64,000 bases of DNA from a virus, in the IMG/VR virus record IMGVR_UViG_3300032294_002612, positions 31,732-95,731 of that record; one strand, given 5' to 3'. The notes under the pieces are model-generated. The model was not told the DNA's origin and searched no databases. It worked only from the letters and a program-made list of their open reading frames with translations. Of this stretch, positions 41,375-49,206 are shown piece after piece (within the stretch, counting starts at the first letter, position 1; each line of letters starts with the position of its first letter). Both the position numbers and the translations under genes were made by a program.

Positions 41375-41446
41375 CTGCCAAGGTAGGATTTGAACCTACA
41401 ACCAGTCGCTTAACAGGCGAACGCTCCACCATTGAGCTACTTGGCA
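41375..41446 (-). tRNA. tRNA-Asn(GTT)
   Basis: Acceptor TGCCAAG/CTTGGCA; loop CTGTTAA. Confidence 0.93.
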
Positions 41447-41447
41447 T

Positions 41448-42578
41448 TTATCTTACATTAACAATTTTTTTATTATTGTCAAGTTTAACAATCGGTTGCT
41501 CGATAGATTCTTCTTCGATATCTTCTACTTTCTTTTTAACCCCACGGATCATATAAACAATAATAGTATCAACAATTTCCAAAAGTACTGCGAGAGCAAA
41601 ACAAATAACGGCAGTAATTTCCCAACGCATTAGCGCGCCAAAAGATAATTGAATAATATTTTCTGTTGAAAACTTTATATATTCTGGCTCTAATTTTAAC
41701 TTTGAACTAATAATATTGATAGAGCTATTTAAACGAATCAAAGTTTCGGCCAATTCATCAAAAGTTTGCGCTTTTGTTACTTCTATAACAATGCCGGAAT
41801 CCTTTCCTGTTTTTGTTAACTCGTCTATAATAACGATACCTTGTCCTAAAGAAGATTTTTCTGTTTCGTAATCTTTTGTTATACGATCAATCTCGCGCTT
41901 TTTATTCGAATCTAATGTTTCTATATTTAAACCTGCTTCGGCTTGTTTTCTACGCCACTCTGCTTCCAATTCTTTTGCTTTCGGTCCAACCCCCATTCTA
42001 CCACTTGTTGATCTTCCTTGTACACCTTGTGTTTCGTCAAGATAAGTTTGTTCGGCATCTAAAACTTGTTTGTTTAGCTCCGCTTTTTGTTCATTAAATT
42101 TTTGATCGGTTTCAACTAATTTTGCATTAAAATTTTGATCTAATTGTATAATATTTTTTGTAATACTATCCCTGGCTTCTTTATCAAAGTAATTAATTTT
42201 TTCAAGAACTTCGAACTTTGTTTCAACAAGAGATTGTCTTACGCTAGTCTTTGCATAGAAACCAATAAAATCGAATATTGTTGGCAAAATACTAATAGCA
42301 ATACAAAGATATGCCATTTTAAGAGTAAATTCTTTACGGCCATAAAGAATAATTTTAATGCAATATGGAAGACCGACGACAGCTAAAGCTGCTAAAAATG
42401 TCATTATCATTGGCCATCCAACTAAAATAAGACTTAAAGCATAATATGCAAAAGCAATAGATACAATCATTACTATCGAGTAGACTATATTTAAAGCATT
42501 TGCTGCAAACTTATTATCTGTTTTAAAACCAAATAATGTGGGAAATTTTTCATCCCCTTCTTGATATGTATTAATCAT
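41448..42578 (-). CDS. Membrane-anchored coiled-coil protein, DUF4407-like
   Basis: Three N-terminal TM helices, coiled coil containing E.QGVQGRSTSGRMGVGP, C-terminal TM helix; GTGTAAT at 42592-42586. Confidence 0.65.
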   Translation of the reverse strand: MINTYQEGDEKFPTLFGFKTDNKFAANALNIVYSIVMIVSIAFAYYALSLILVGWPMIMTFLAALAVVGLPYCIKIILYGRKEFTLKMAYLCIAISILPTIFDFIGFYAKTSVRQSLVETKFEVLEKINYFDKEARDSITKNIIQLDQNFNAKLVETDQKFNEQKAELNKQVLDAEQTYLDETQGVQGRSTSGRMGVGPKAKELEAEWRRKQAEAGLNIETLDSNKKREIDRITKDYETEKSSLGQGIVIIDELTKTGKDSGIVIEVTKAQTFDELAETLIRLNSSINIISSKLKLEPEYIKFSTENIIQLSFGALMRWEITAVICFALAVLLEIVDTIIVYMIRGVKKKVEDIEEESIEQPIVKLDNNKKIVNVR

Positions 42579-42609
42579 CTAATTTATTACACTATTTTTT
42601 ACAATTAAT

Positions 42610-42683
42610 TGGTGCGGAATGAGAGAATCGAACTCTCAACGAAAGATTGGAAATCTCTAGTTTTACCATTAAACTAATTCCGC
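42610..42683 (-). tRNA. tRNA-Gly(TCC)
   Basis: GCGGAAT acceptor; loop TTTCCAA; CCA encoded. Confidence 0.95.
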
Positions 42684-42689
42684 TAAAAA

Positions 42690-42715
42690 ATAGCAGACCA
42701 TTACTAGTCTGCTAC
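42690..42715. terminator. Terminator hairpin
   Basis: TAGCAGAC-8nt-GTCTGCTA flanked by A and T tracts. Confidence 0.6.
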
Positions 42716-42739
42716 TTTTGTTTATGCTTTTAAATTAAT

Positions 42740-42847
42740 TTATTTAATAGCACAAACTGTAGTTTTGCCGCAAGGTTTGCATTGCTTTTTAGAAGCGCAT
42801 GCCGTGAAAGCGACAACTACGATGATTGATAGAATGATATGTTTCAT
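42740..42847 (-). CDS. 35-aa Cys-rich lipoprotein (below the ORF-track cutoff)
   Basis: MKHIILSIIVVVAFTA-CASKKQCKPCGKTTVCAIK*; lipobox FTAC; sigma70-like promoter upstream. Confidence 0.65.
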   Translation of the reverse strand: MKHIILSIIVVVAFTACASKKQCKPCGKTTVCAIK

Positions 42848-42947
42848 AGTCTATTATTATAGTAAAGATTTAATTAAATGTCAAATGAATTAACTTTTTT
42901 AAAATATTCGAACCAATTAAACATGTTTGCGTGTAATGAATGTTAGT

Positions 42948-43661
42948 ATGGGTTATAAAACGATAAATGATATACCTGAAAAAATATTTATTAAATCAAT
43001 AGACAGTTCATTAAACAGGACAGATTTTTTTCGAAAAATGAAAATGTCGCCATTTGGGGGCAAATTTCGCACTTTAAATAAAAGAATACAAAGGCTTAAT
43101 TTAAATATTGACCATTTTAAACTTGGTCCAATAATTAGTGGTGAAAAAAGTAAAATGACTAAAGATAAAGCTTTATCTACCATCTTTATCAATAATTCTA
43201 ATATAAAAACGCCTTCTTTAAAGAAATATATTCAAAAATTTGAATTTAAAAAATATGTATGCGAAAACTGTTGCAATCAAGGGCAATGGATGAATTCTAA
43301 TTTAGTTTTACAATTACATCATATAGATGGAGATGCTAGGAATAATAAATTAAATAATTTACAATTTTTGTGCCCAAATTGTCATAGTCAAACGCCAAAT
43401 TTTAGTGGTAAAAAACGTAAAGAATCTTTTTACTGTCTTTCTTGTAAGAAAGAATTGAGTAGAAAAACAAAAACAAATCTTTGTTTTAAATGCGCTCATA
43501 GAGAAAAACAACAAAAAACTAAAATAGTTTGGCCTTCTAATTCTAAATTAGAACTATTATTAAGTACTCATAGTTGCTTTTCAATTGCTAAAAAATTAGG
43601 TGTTTCAGATAACGCTATTAGAAAACATTGTAAAAAACATAAAATATGGAAGTTTAAATAA
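42948..43661 (+). CDS. HNH homing endonuclease
   Basis: CENCCN...LQLHHIDGDARNNKLNNLQFLCPNCHSQT plus C-terminal HTH (IAKKLGVSDNAIRKHC); start likely the ATG at 42948 after GTGTAAT at 42931. Confidence 0.88.
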   Translation: MGYKTINDIPEKIFIKSIDSSLNRTDFFRKMKMSPFGGKFRTLNKRIQRLNLNIDHFKLGPIISGEKSKMTKDKALSTIFINNSNIKTPSLKKYIQKFEFKKYVCENCCNQGQWMNSNLVLQLHHIDGDARNNKLNNLQFLCPNCHSQTPNFSGKKRKESFYCLSCKKELSRKTKTNLCFKCAHREKQQKTKIVWPSNSKLELLLSTHSCFSIAKKLGVSDNAIRKHCKKHKIWKFK

Positions 43662-43666
43662 TATAT

Positions 43667-43739
43667 TACTCCTACTTGGATTCGAACCAAGGTTCGTCCG
43701 TTATAAACAGACCGTTCTAACCGATTGAACTATAGGAGT
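43667..43739 (-). tRNA. tRNA-Ile(TAT)
   Basis: Acceptor ACTCCTA/TAGGAGT; GTCTG-TTTATAA-CGGAC. Confidence 0.9.
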
Positions 43740-43740
43740 T

Positions 43741-43935
43741 TTAAAATTCAAATCTAACCGTAGGTTTATTTACAACCATTTCTTGCAAAAATTTTTCATT
43801 AAAAAGCAAACGAAGCTCATCAATTTGTGTTTGCAAATTTTGATTTTCTTTGTTAACAGACACGATAGCCAAAAGGCAAATCATAAAGCCAAGTGACATA
43901 ATAAATGCGAAGTAAATATTCATATTATCTTTCAT
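43741..43935 (-). CDS. Small membrane-anchored hypothetical protein
   Basis: N-terminal TM helix followed by a short coiled coil. Confidence 0.5.
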   Translation of the reverse strand: MKDNMNIYFAFIMSLGFMICLLAIVSVNKENQNLQTQIDELRLLFNEKFLQEMVVNKPTVRFEF

Positions 43936-43982
43936 AGGATGATGATATGGTTTATTGAATTTAAAGTCAACGTTTTAAAAAG

Positions 43983-44053
43983 CTCCCCACCGTGGTACTG
44001 CCCCACGCCTAATTGGTTCAAAGCCAATCGTGCAACTTCTACACTTGCAGGGA
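43983..44053 (-). tRNA. tRNA-Gln(TTG) with non-canonical T-loop
   Basis: ATTGG-CTTTGAA-CCAAT; T-arm CGTGG-GGCAGTA-CCACG. Confidence 0.8.
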
Positions 44054-44057
44054 ATAA

Positions 44058-44534
44058 TCATTTCTGCTTCCAAACAACCGTACAAACATATCTATCAAGA
44101 TATCCGCGATTATAAGTTACACTGTTTAGAACCCAATGACTTCCACTGGGGGCGTTACTCATTGCTTCAACATATGCTTGACCTTTTGAATCCGCACTTC
44201 CACTTGAAATATAATCAGCATTAATATTCACAATGGTCATTAATAGAATGACAATAATTTTTTTCATTTGCATTAATGATTAATAATTTTTAAGAGCCCG
44301 TCCAAGAGCAATACGATTACCCAGCTTGCGATTCCACTGATCTTTACGACTACAATAAGCAGTTCCAATAGAATCTTTTTGATCTGGACTTGTTAGCTCA
44401 ATACGAGTGAAGCGATCAGACAAAATATTATCTTCGTCAGTTACGCCATGAATTACGCGTACTTTCCAACCAGCGCGCCGAAGTTGATGAATTGTAGGGG
44501 TATTACGACTGTGAATATTAACTGTTTCGTTCAT
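44058..44534 (-). CDS. Two hypothetical proteins (44058-44273 secreted-like; 44280-44534)
   Basis: The second carries the AYCSRKDQWNRKLGNRIALGRA pattern common in phage small proteins. Confidence 0.55.
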
Positions 44535-44615
44535 GAAAAGAATAATATTTGAATTTTAAAGAATAGTCAAATAAAAAAGCGGGGGCTGGTTTCGAACCTT
44601 TGTGTAATAAATTGT

Positions 44616-45449
44616 ATGGATAAAAGAAAAAATGGTTGGATTGTGGGCGCTGGTAAACATAATAAAGATTTACATGAAAAAAATTTAACAAATTATTATT
44701 TAAATCCACAATATTGTAATTTTTGTAATAAACAGTTGGAATATGCCCCCAAATTTATTAGGGAAGAGCGAAAATTTTGTAGTAAAACCTGTTCTGCTAA
44801 ATATCATAATAAACTAAGACTTGAGACTTCTTTTTATAAGAAAGGCTTAACTAAAAAATCACAATGTATTATTTGTAAAAAAGAACTTTGTATTAGTAAA
44901 AACGCTTCCCATAAATCTTCCAAATGTCAATCATGTAAAAATTTATTAAAAGCTCCCAAACCCAAAAAAGAAATTAGCTGCTCTATTTGTCAAGTCAATT
45001 TTATTGGAAATAATAGAAAAACTTGTAGTTTTAACTGCGCACAAATAGCAAAACTAAAAGGCGCCAGAAATGGGGGCAAAAAATCTGCTCAATCACAATC
45101 AAGAACCCGAAGAAGTAAAAATGAAATTTATTTTGCAGAATTGTGTATAAAAGAATTTAAGAATGTCGTCGTAAATAAGGCGATATTTAATGGCTGGGAC
45201 GCCGATATTATTTTAATGAAACAGAAAATTGCCATACTTTGGAATGGGGTGTGGCATTATAAAAAAATAACACAAAAACATTCTGTAAAGCAAGTTCAAA
45301 ATCGAGATAAAATTAAAATAAAAGAAATTATAAAACATAAATTTGAACCATATATTATTAAAGATATGGGAAAAGCTAATAAAAATTTTGTTGAAAAAGA
45401 ATTCAATAAATTTTGTATGTATATTAAAGGTAGCGGGAGAGGGAATTGA
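44616..45449 (+). CDS. Homing endonuclease-like protein (Zn-finger repeats + PD-(D/E)xK domain)
   Basis: FCSKTCS and TCSFNCA repeats; WDADIILMKQKIAILWNGVWHY; C-terminus overlaps the tRNA(CAT) 3' end in antisense. Confidence 0.75.
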   Translation: MDKRKNGWIVGAGKHNKDLHEKNLTNYYLNPQYCNFCNKQLEYAPKFIREERKFCSKTCSAKYHNKLRLETSFYKKGLTKKSQCIICKKELCISKNASHKSSKCQSCKNLLKAPKPKKEISCSICQVNFIGNNRKTCSFNCAQIAKLKGARNGGKKSAQSQSRTRRSKNEIYFAELCIKEFKNVVVNKAIFNGWDADIILMKQKIAILWNGVWHYKKITQKHSVKQVQNRDKIKIKEIIKHKFEPYIIKDMGKANKNFVEKEFNKFCMYIKGSGRGN

Positions 45450-45518
45450 ACCCTACGTGGCAATTGTGTTGCCTGAGGCTTATGAAACCCCTGACTTTGT
45501 CCTCTAGTCTATCCCGCA
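45431..45518 (-). tRNA. tRNA with CAT anticodon and long variable arm (Met or Ile2; identity uncertain)
   Basis: D arm GACT/AGTC; GGGGT-TTCATAA-GCCTC; variable arm GGCAA-CACAA-TTGCC; U1-U72 mismatch; A73. Confidence 0.75.
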
Positions 45519-45526
45519 ATTAAAAT

Positions 45527-45872
45527 TTGGTGTTTTTATCGCACTTTGGACCAGATCAGAGTTGCGCCCCTGCTGGCATTGTCAAAGCTATTGCTTTGAC
45601 TCAGAACACCTAACCATTTATACAAGAGTTTTGGCCCATATAGCCTTGGTTAACCCAGAACCCACACTCTTCTTTTTTGAACTATGTCTTATTCACTATG
45701 GAACCATATGGCTTCGAAGCCGCCAAGCATGATAAGCTTGGCACATATGGAGGTAGAGTTGCATACCTTATTCAAAGGCGACCCCTATTTTACTGGTTGT
45801 ACATCGCCACACCACCATCATTAGCATCTCTGCTCATAGCGAGCGGTTTGCTAACAAATTTTTCAAAGAACT
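45527..45872 (-). ncRNA. Candidate large structured ncRNA (~345 nt)
   Basis: Own sigma70-like promoter; nested helices and two GCAACUC T-loop-like motifs; no convincing ORF on the transcribed strand. Confidence 0.6.
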
Positions 45873-45878
45873 ATTACT

Positions 45879-45907
45879 CTTATACACTTATTTTATAAGT
45901 TTGTCAA
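45879..45907 (-). promoter_or_regulatory. sigma70-like promoter
   Basis: TTGACA, 17 nt, TATAAG. Confidence 0.65.
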
Positions 45908-45913
45908 CCATTT

Positions 45914-46336
45914 TTAAAATAAAATTTCTAATCCAGTTTCTCCATAATCGGGCATACCAACATCCATTGAATGATTACTAATGTAAGGCTGGGCAACCTT
46001 GCCTTTTATGTTAACTCTTTCTGAAAGGGGGTACGTAGCTGAAATAATGTGTTTACCTTTAGTAAATTGTTGACTACTATACCTTGTTCCAGTTACCTCT
46101 CCTTTTACTTGAACTTTATCCAAATGCTCGCAACTATTGATCAGTAGTATTATCGGAATTATAAGTATTTTTTTCATTTTCTTTCTGTTTATTACTCCAA
46201 TTGATATCATCATAATTCTTACGATATTTTTGTGAAAAACAATTTCTGGGTTTATCTCCTTTACCCGCTCCATGCGAATTATTATTTTGAGAATTTTCCA
46301 TAAAAATATATTATGATTATTTACACAAAAAGTCAA
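45914..46336 (-). CDS. Hypothetical lipoprotein-like protein (true start probably internal)
   Basis: MKKILIIPIILLINSC lipobox-like segment; GTGTAAA at 46326-46320 implies a later start. Confidence 0.45.
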   Translation of the reverse strand: MTFCVNNHNIFLWKILKIIIRMERVKEINPEIVFHKNIVRIMMISIGVINRKKMKKILIIPIILLINSCEHLDKVQVKGEVTGTRYSSQQFTKGKHIISATYPLSERVNIKGKVAQPYISNHSMDVGMPDYGETGLEILF

Positions 46337-46342
46337 TTTTTA

Positions 46343-46371
46343 TTGACAAAAGAGTAATATAGTTGTAATAT
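46343..46371 (+). promoter_or_regulatory. sigma70-like promoter of tmRNA
   Basis: TTGACA, 17 nt, TAATAT. Confidence 0.65.
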
Positions 46372-46393
46372 TAAATATATTCTTTGAAATTTT

Positions 46394-47092
46394 GGGCGTG
46401 TACTGGTTTCGACATTTGGTTGAAATTAAAAACGCATGTCGAGGTTAATCGATGGCCTCGTAAAAAATCGATTAAAAAACTAAGAGCAGATAACACTGAC
46501 TCAATCTTGGCAGAAGCCGAATATATCTTCAACAACGCTGACCAATTCGTTGGCGCTGAAGAAGAGTATTTGATGGCTGCCTAAGAACCAATGTCTGGAT
46601 CCTATTAAAAGCGTTGGAACTGCAATAGGTTTATGAAGTCCTAACTTACTTATAAAATTCATTGTTAGGTGTTATGCAGAACATTCTCTGCATAGGCAGA
46701 CTGTAAACTCGGTTAGTATCACCAAGTAGCCTAGAGTCTTCGTTACCGTAGGTAGCTGAAATGCTAAAGATACTTAAACATGTAGACTTTTTAATGTAAA
46801 TTAAATGGACAGGGGTTCAACTCAATGGGTTGACTTAGCAGTGATGCTTCGATTAAAACTGGATGAATTGCTGGAAAGCTAAATCGTAAAATATGATATG
46901 CCAATCAGCAGCCAAGCTAAAAATACATTTTTAGAAGGTTCAGAGACTACTGGAGAGGTTAAGTCCTCTTAATAACCAGATTAGCGTCCAGCTCTGATTT
47001 AACCAATCAGATGAAGATATAGTCCACAATTTAGTATTCATATAATGAATATGCTGAGAAATCAGCTTTTTTAAATTGGCCCCTCACGTCCA
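46394..47092 (+). ncRNA. ssrA: tmRNA (intron-containing); tag ADNTDSILAEAEYIFNNADQFVGAEEEYLMAA
   Basis: 5' GGGCGTGTACTGGTTTCGAC; acceptor GGGCGTG/CACGTCC-A with G3-U70; T-arm AGGGG-TTCAACT^CCCCT; tag ORF 46486-46584 ending AA*. Confidence 0.93.
46823..47079 (+). mobile_element. Group I intron in the tmRNA T-loop (257 nt, no internal ORF)
   Basis: P1 TCAACT/GGTTGA with U.G at the 5' splice site; P GAATTGCTGGAAAGC; Q AATCAGCAGCCAAG; R TTCAGAGACTAC; S GAAGATATAGTCC; P3 CTGGATG/CGTCCAG; terminal G. Confidence 0.92.
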
Positions 47093-47667
47093 TCTTTTTT
47101 TATAAGATTAATAAAATCTAACATTTGTTGATGAGAAAGTATTCCTTTAGCTAAATTTATATTACGGCTAACATATTGAATATTTCCTTTAAGATATCCT
47201 TTTGAAGAATCAATTCTATCTACAGACGCCATCTTATAAGAAATTGCTGGATTCGGATTGGTAGACCCAATAGGTAATATTAATTTAATTTTTGTATATG
47301 GGCAAACTCCATGAGTTTCCTCCCATACCTCTTTTAAATCTTCTATTGTTAAATTACATGGTTTTCTATTTGGTCGGTTTAACATTCTCAAAATATATTT
47401 AAATGGGCATTTAGCATCTTTTCTAATATACCCACGATTTAAAATGCCTTCTTTTTGAAATTGAATTGCACGCTCTTTTGCTAAAACTCTTAACTCTGGG
47501 GTATTACGACGACAACCACATCCTTTTGTTCGCCCCCGACGAATATCTTTCCAATTAAATAATCTTAAAGTTCCACAGCTACATTGACATTTTACTTTAT
47601 CATTGGGAAGAACTTCTAATATAGTTAAGAATCCAAATGTTTGACCAATACAATCTTTTCGTTTCAT
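47071..47667 (-). CDS. HNH-type free-standing homing endonuclease overlapping the tmRNA 3' exon and intron end
   Basis: KCQCSCG...KGCGC; CPYTKIKL...ASVDRIDSSKGYLKGNIQYVSRNINLAK; stop codon lies inside the intron. Confidence 0.82.
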   Translation of the reverse strand: MKRKDCIGQTFGFLTILEVLPNDKVKCQCSCGTLRLFNWKDIRRGRTKGCGCRRNTPELRVLAKERAIQFQKEGILNRGYIRKDAKCPFKYILRMLNRPNRKPCNLTIEDLKEVWEETHGVCPYTKIKLILPIGSTNPNPAISYKMASVDRIDSSKGYLKGNIQYVSRNINLAKGILSHQQMLDFINLIKKDGREGPI

Positions 47668-47780
47668 CTCTATAATTACATGAAAATTTAGTCAACTCCA
47701 CTATTATTTTAGCAACTCCACTTTTTTGTGTTTATATCTAATTTAGATATTTTTCTCATAAAAAAATAAAATATTTAGTA

Positions 47781-48287
47781 ATGCATATTATAGAATATTC
47801 AATTATATTATTTTATTTATTGTGTTTTATTTTAAAATGCCCATTACTTATTAGATATTCGATTATAAAAAAAATATCTAACATTAAAATAATTAAATTT
47901 TTATATAAGATTGGATTATTCATGAATTGGAATATGTTTTGCAAATCTCCAGCAAGACATCATAAAGTTAAATTTATCATAGAATTAAAGAATGGTGAAA
48001 TCTTTATTTATTATTTAGATACAGAAAAAACAAATAATTCTATAAGTGAAATTATACCAGAATTAAATTTAAAACCAAAATCTTTAGCAAGCTTAATTCA
48101 TAATTATTATCACCACGGATTCTTATTAATTGATTATATAGAAGAAATAATTAAACATAAATTTGGTGATAACTTAAAACATTTTGCATCATATTTACAA
48201 ATTTTAAGACCAGACAAGAATAACCCTTTAGAAATGTATACGGGTACGTATTACCCAATTATAGAAAAATCATATGTGGATAATTGA
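47781..48287 (+). CDS. HTTM-partner protein (DUF5819/SdpA-like)
   Basis: N-terminal TM helix, NWNMFCKSP motif; translationally coupled to the HTTM gene. Confidence 0.55.
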   Translation: MHIIEYSIILFYLLCFILKCPLLIRYSIIKKISNIKIIKFLYKIGLFMNWNMFCKSPARHHKVKFIIELKNGEIFIYYLDTEKTNNSISEIIPELNLKPKSLASLIHNYYHHGFLLIDYIEEIIKHKFGDNLKHFASYLQILRPDKNNPLEMYTGTYYPIIEKSYVDN

Positions 48288-49074
48288 GGCAATTAATAAT
48301 TTTTTTTTCCAATATTATATATCTTCAAATTTTATTGGTATATATAGAATAGCTACGATATCTGTAATTTTGGGTTATATTACTTTTATTATTAAAGACA
48401 TCATTAATTTTAGCAAGAAAAATGGTATCGGTGGTTATCACAATAAATATTACTACCCTTTATGTATAATTTTATTCTACTTGTTCGGATTCTTATCCTT
48501 AATTGGTTTCGTAACCCAATTTTCTATTTTACTGTTTTTAATATTTTTTATAATTATACAAAAAAATATGTTCTATATTTTAACTAGTGGTGGAAATGTT
48601 GTTTGTAATATGTTGTTACTATGTTTAGTTTTATGTAAATCTGGCGCGGGATTATCTATAGATAATATTATTTTTAATAACTATGAAGAATATACTTCTG
48701 GGTGGGCTATAAGATTAATTCAAATTACTATATCTTTTGGTTATTTTTTCGCAGGATTAAATAAAATTAAATCTTCCGATTGGAAAAAAGGTATTGCAAT
48801 TTCTAATGCCGTTATATATAGCAACTATGGCAAACAAAAATTGCTTACATTATTTTACCCGAAGACTTTACAATCTAGGCTCATTTGTTATAGCGTAATG
48901 TTTTTTCATTTATTTGCGCCAATATTATTTTGGTGTAATTTGACACAATTATTTGCTATTTCATTTGCAATTTTATCTCATCTTATGATGATGATAACAT
49001 TACGAATTGGACATTTTGGGCCAATAATGATACTTGGGATACTAAGTTTTAGTGCTAATTATTTTCTAAAATAA
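48274..49074 (+). CDS. HTTM-domain membrane protein (SdpB / vitamin K-dependent carboxylase-like)
   Basis: GIYRI, SGGNVV, LSID, RLIQITISFGYFFAGLNKIKSSDWKKG, HLMM...IGHFGPIM. Confidence 0.8.
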   Translation: MWIIEAINNFFFQYYISSNFIGIYRIATISVILGYITFIIKDIINFSKKNGIGGYHNKYYYPLCIILFYLFGFLSLIGFVTQFSILLFLIFFIIIQKNMFYILTSGGNVVCNMLLLCLVLCKSGAGLSIDNIIFNNYEEYTSGWAIRLIQITISFGYFFAGLNKIKSSDWKKGIAISNAVIYSNYGKQKLLTLFYPKTLQSRLICYSVMFFHLFAPILFWCNLTQLFAISFAILSHLMMMITLRIGHFGPIMILGILSFSANYFLK

Positions 49075-49206
49075 TTTTTTCTATTTTTTCCCCTTCAAAC
49101 TCAAATACGGCAATTTTTTCACCCTTATCATTTGTATAATTATATAAAAATTCCATATCTGAGACTTTGAGTTCTCTTCCATTAATTTCTGTAAAACCTA
49201 GTTTCA

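Noticed and set aside
42614-42626. 10-nt identity between the tRNA-Gly 3' end (CTCTCATTCC / TCTCATTCCG) and the right arms of U2 and U1
   Set aside because: The match is short and mostly covers the conserved stem, so it cannot be distinguished from coincidence.
45527-45872. RNase P RNA
   Set aside because: The GAGGAAAGUC and ACAGAA...GGCUUA conserved regions are absent on both strands.
46384-46584. 66-aa protein from the ORF track
   Set aside because: It is the tmRNA 5' domain read in frame with the tag; only 46486-46584 is the tag reading frame.
47692-47725. Repeated CAACTCCAC as a displaced tmRNA 3' end beyond the HNH gene
   Set aside because: It has only ~8 nt similarity to TTCAACTCCCC, which is too weak to support.
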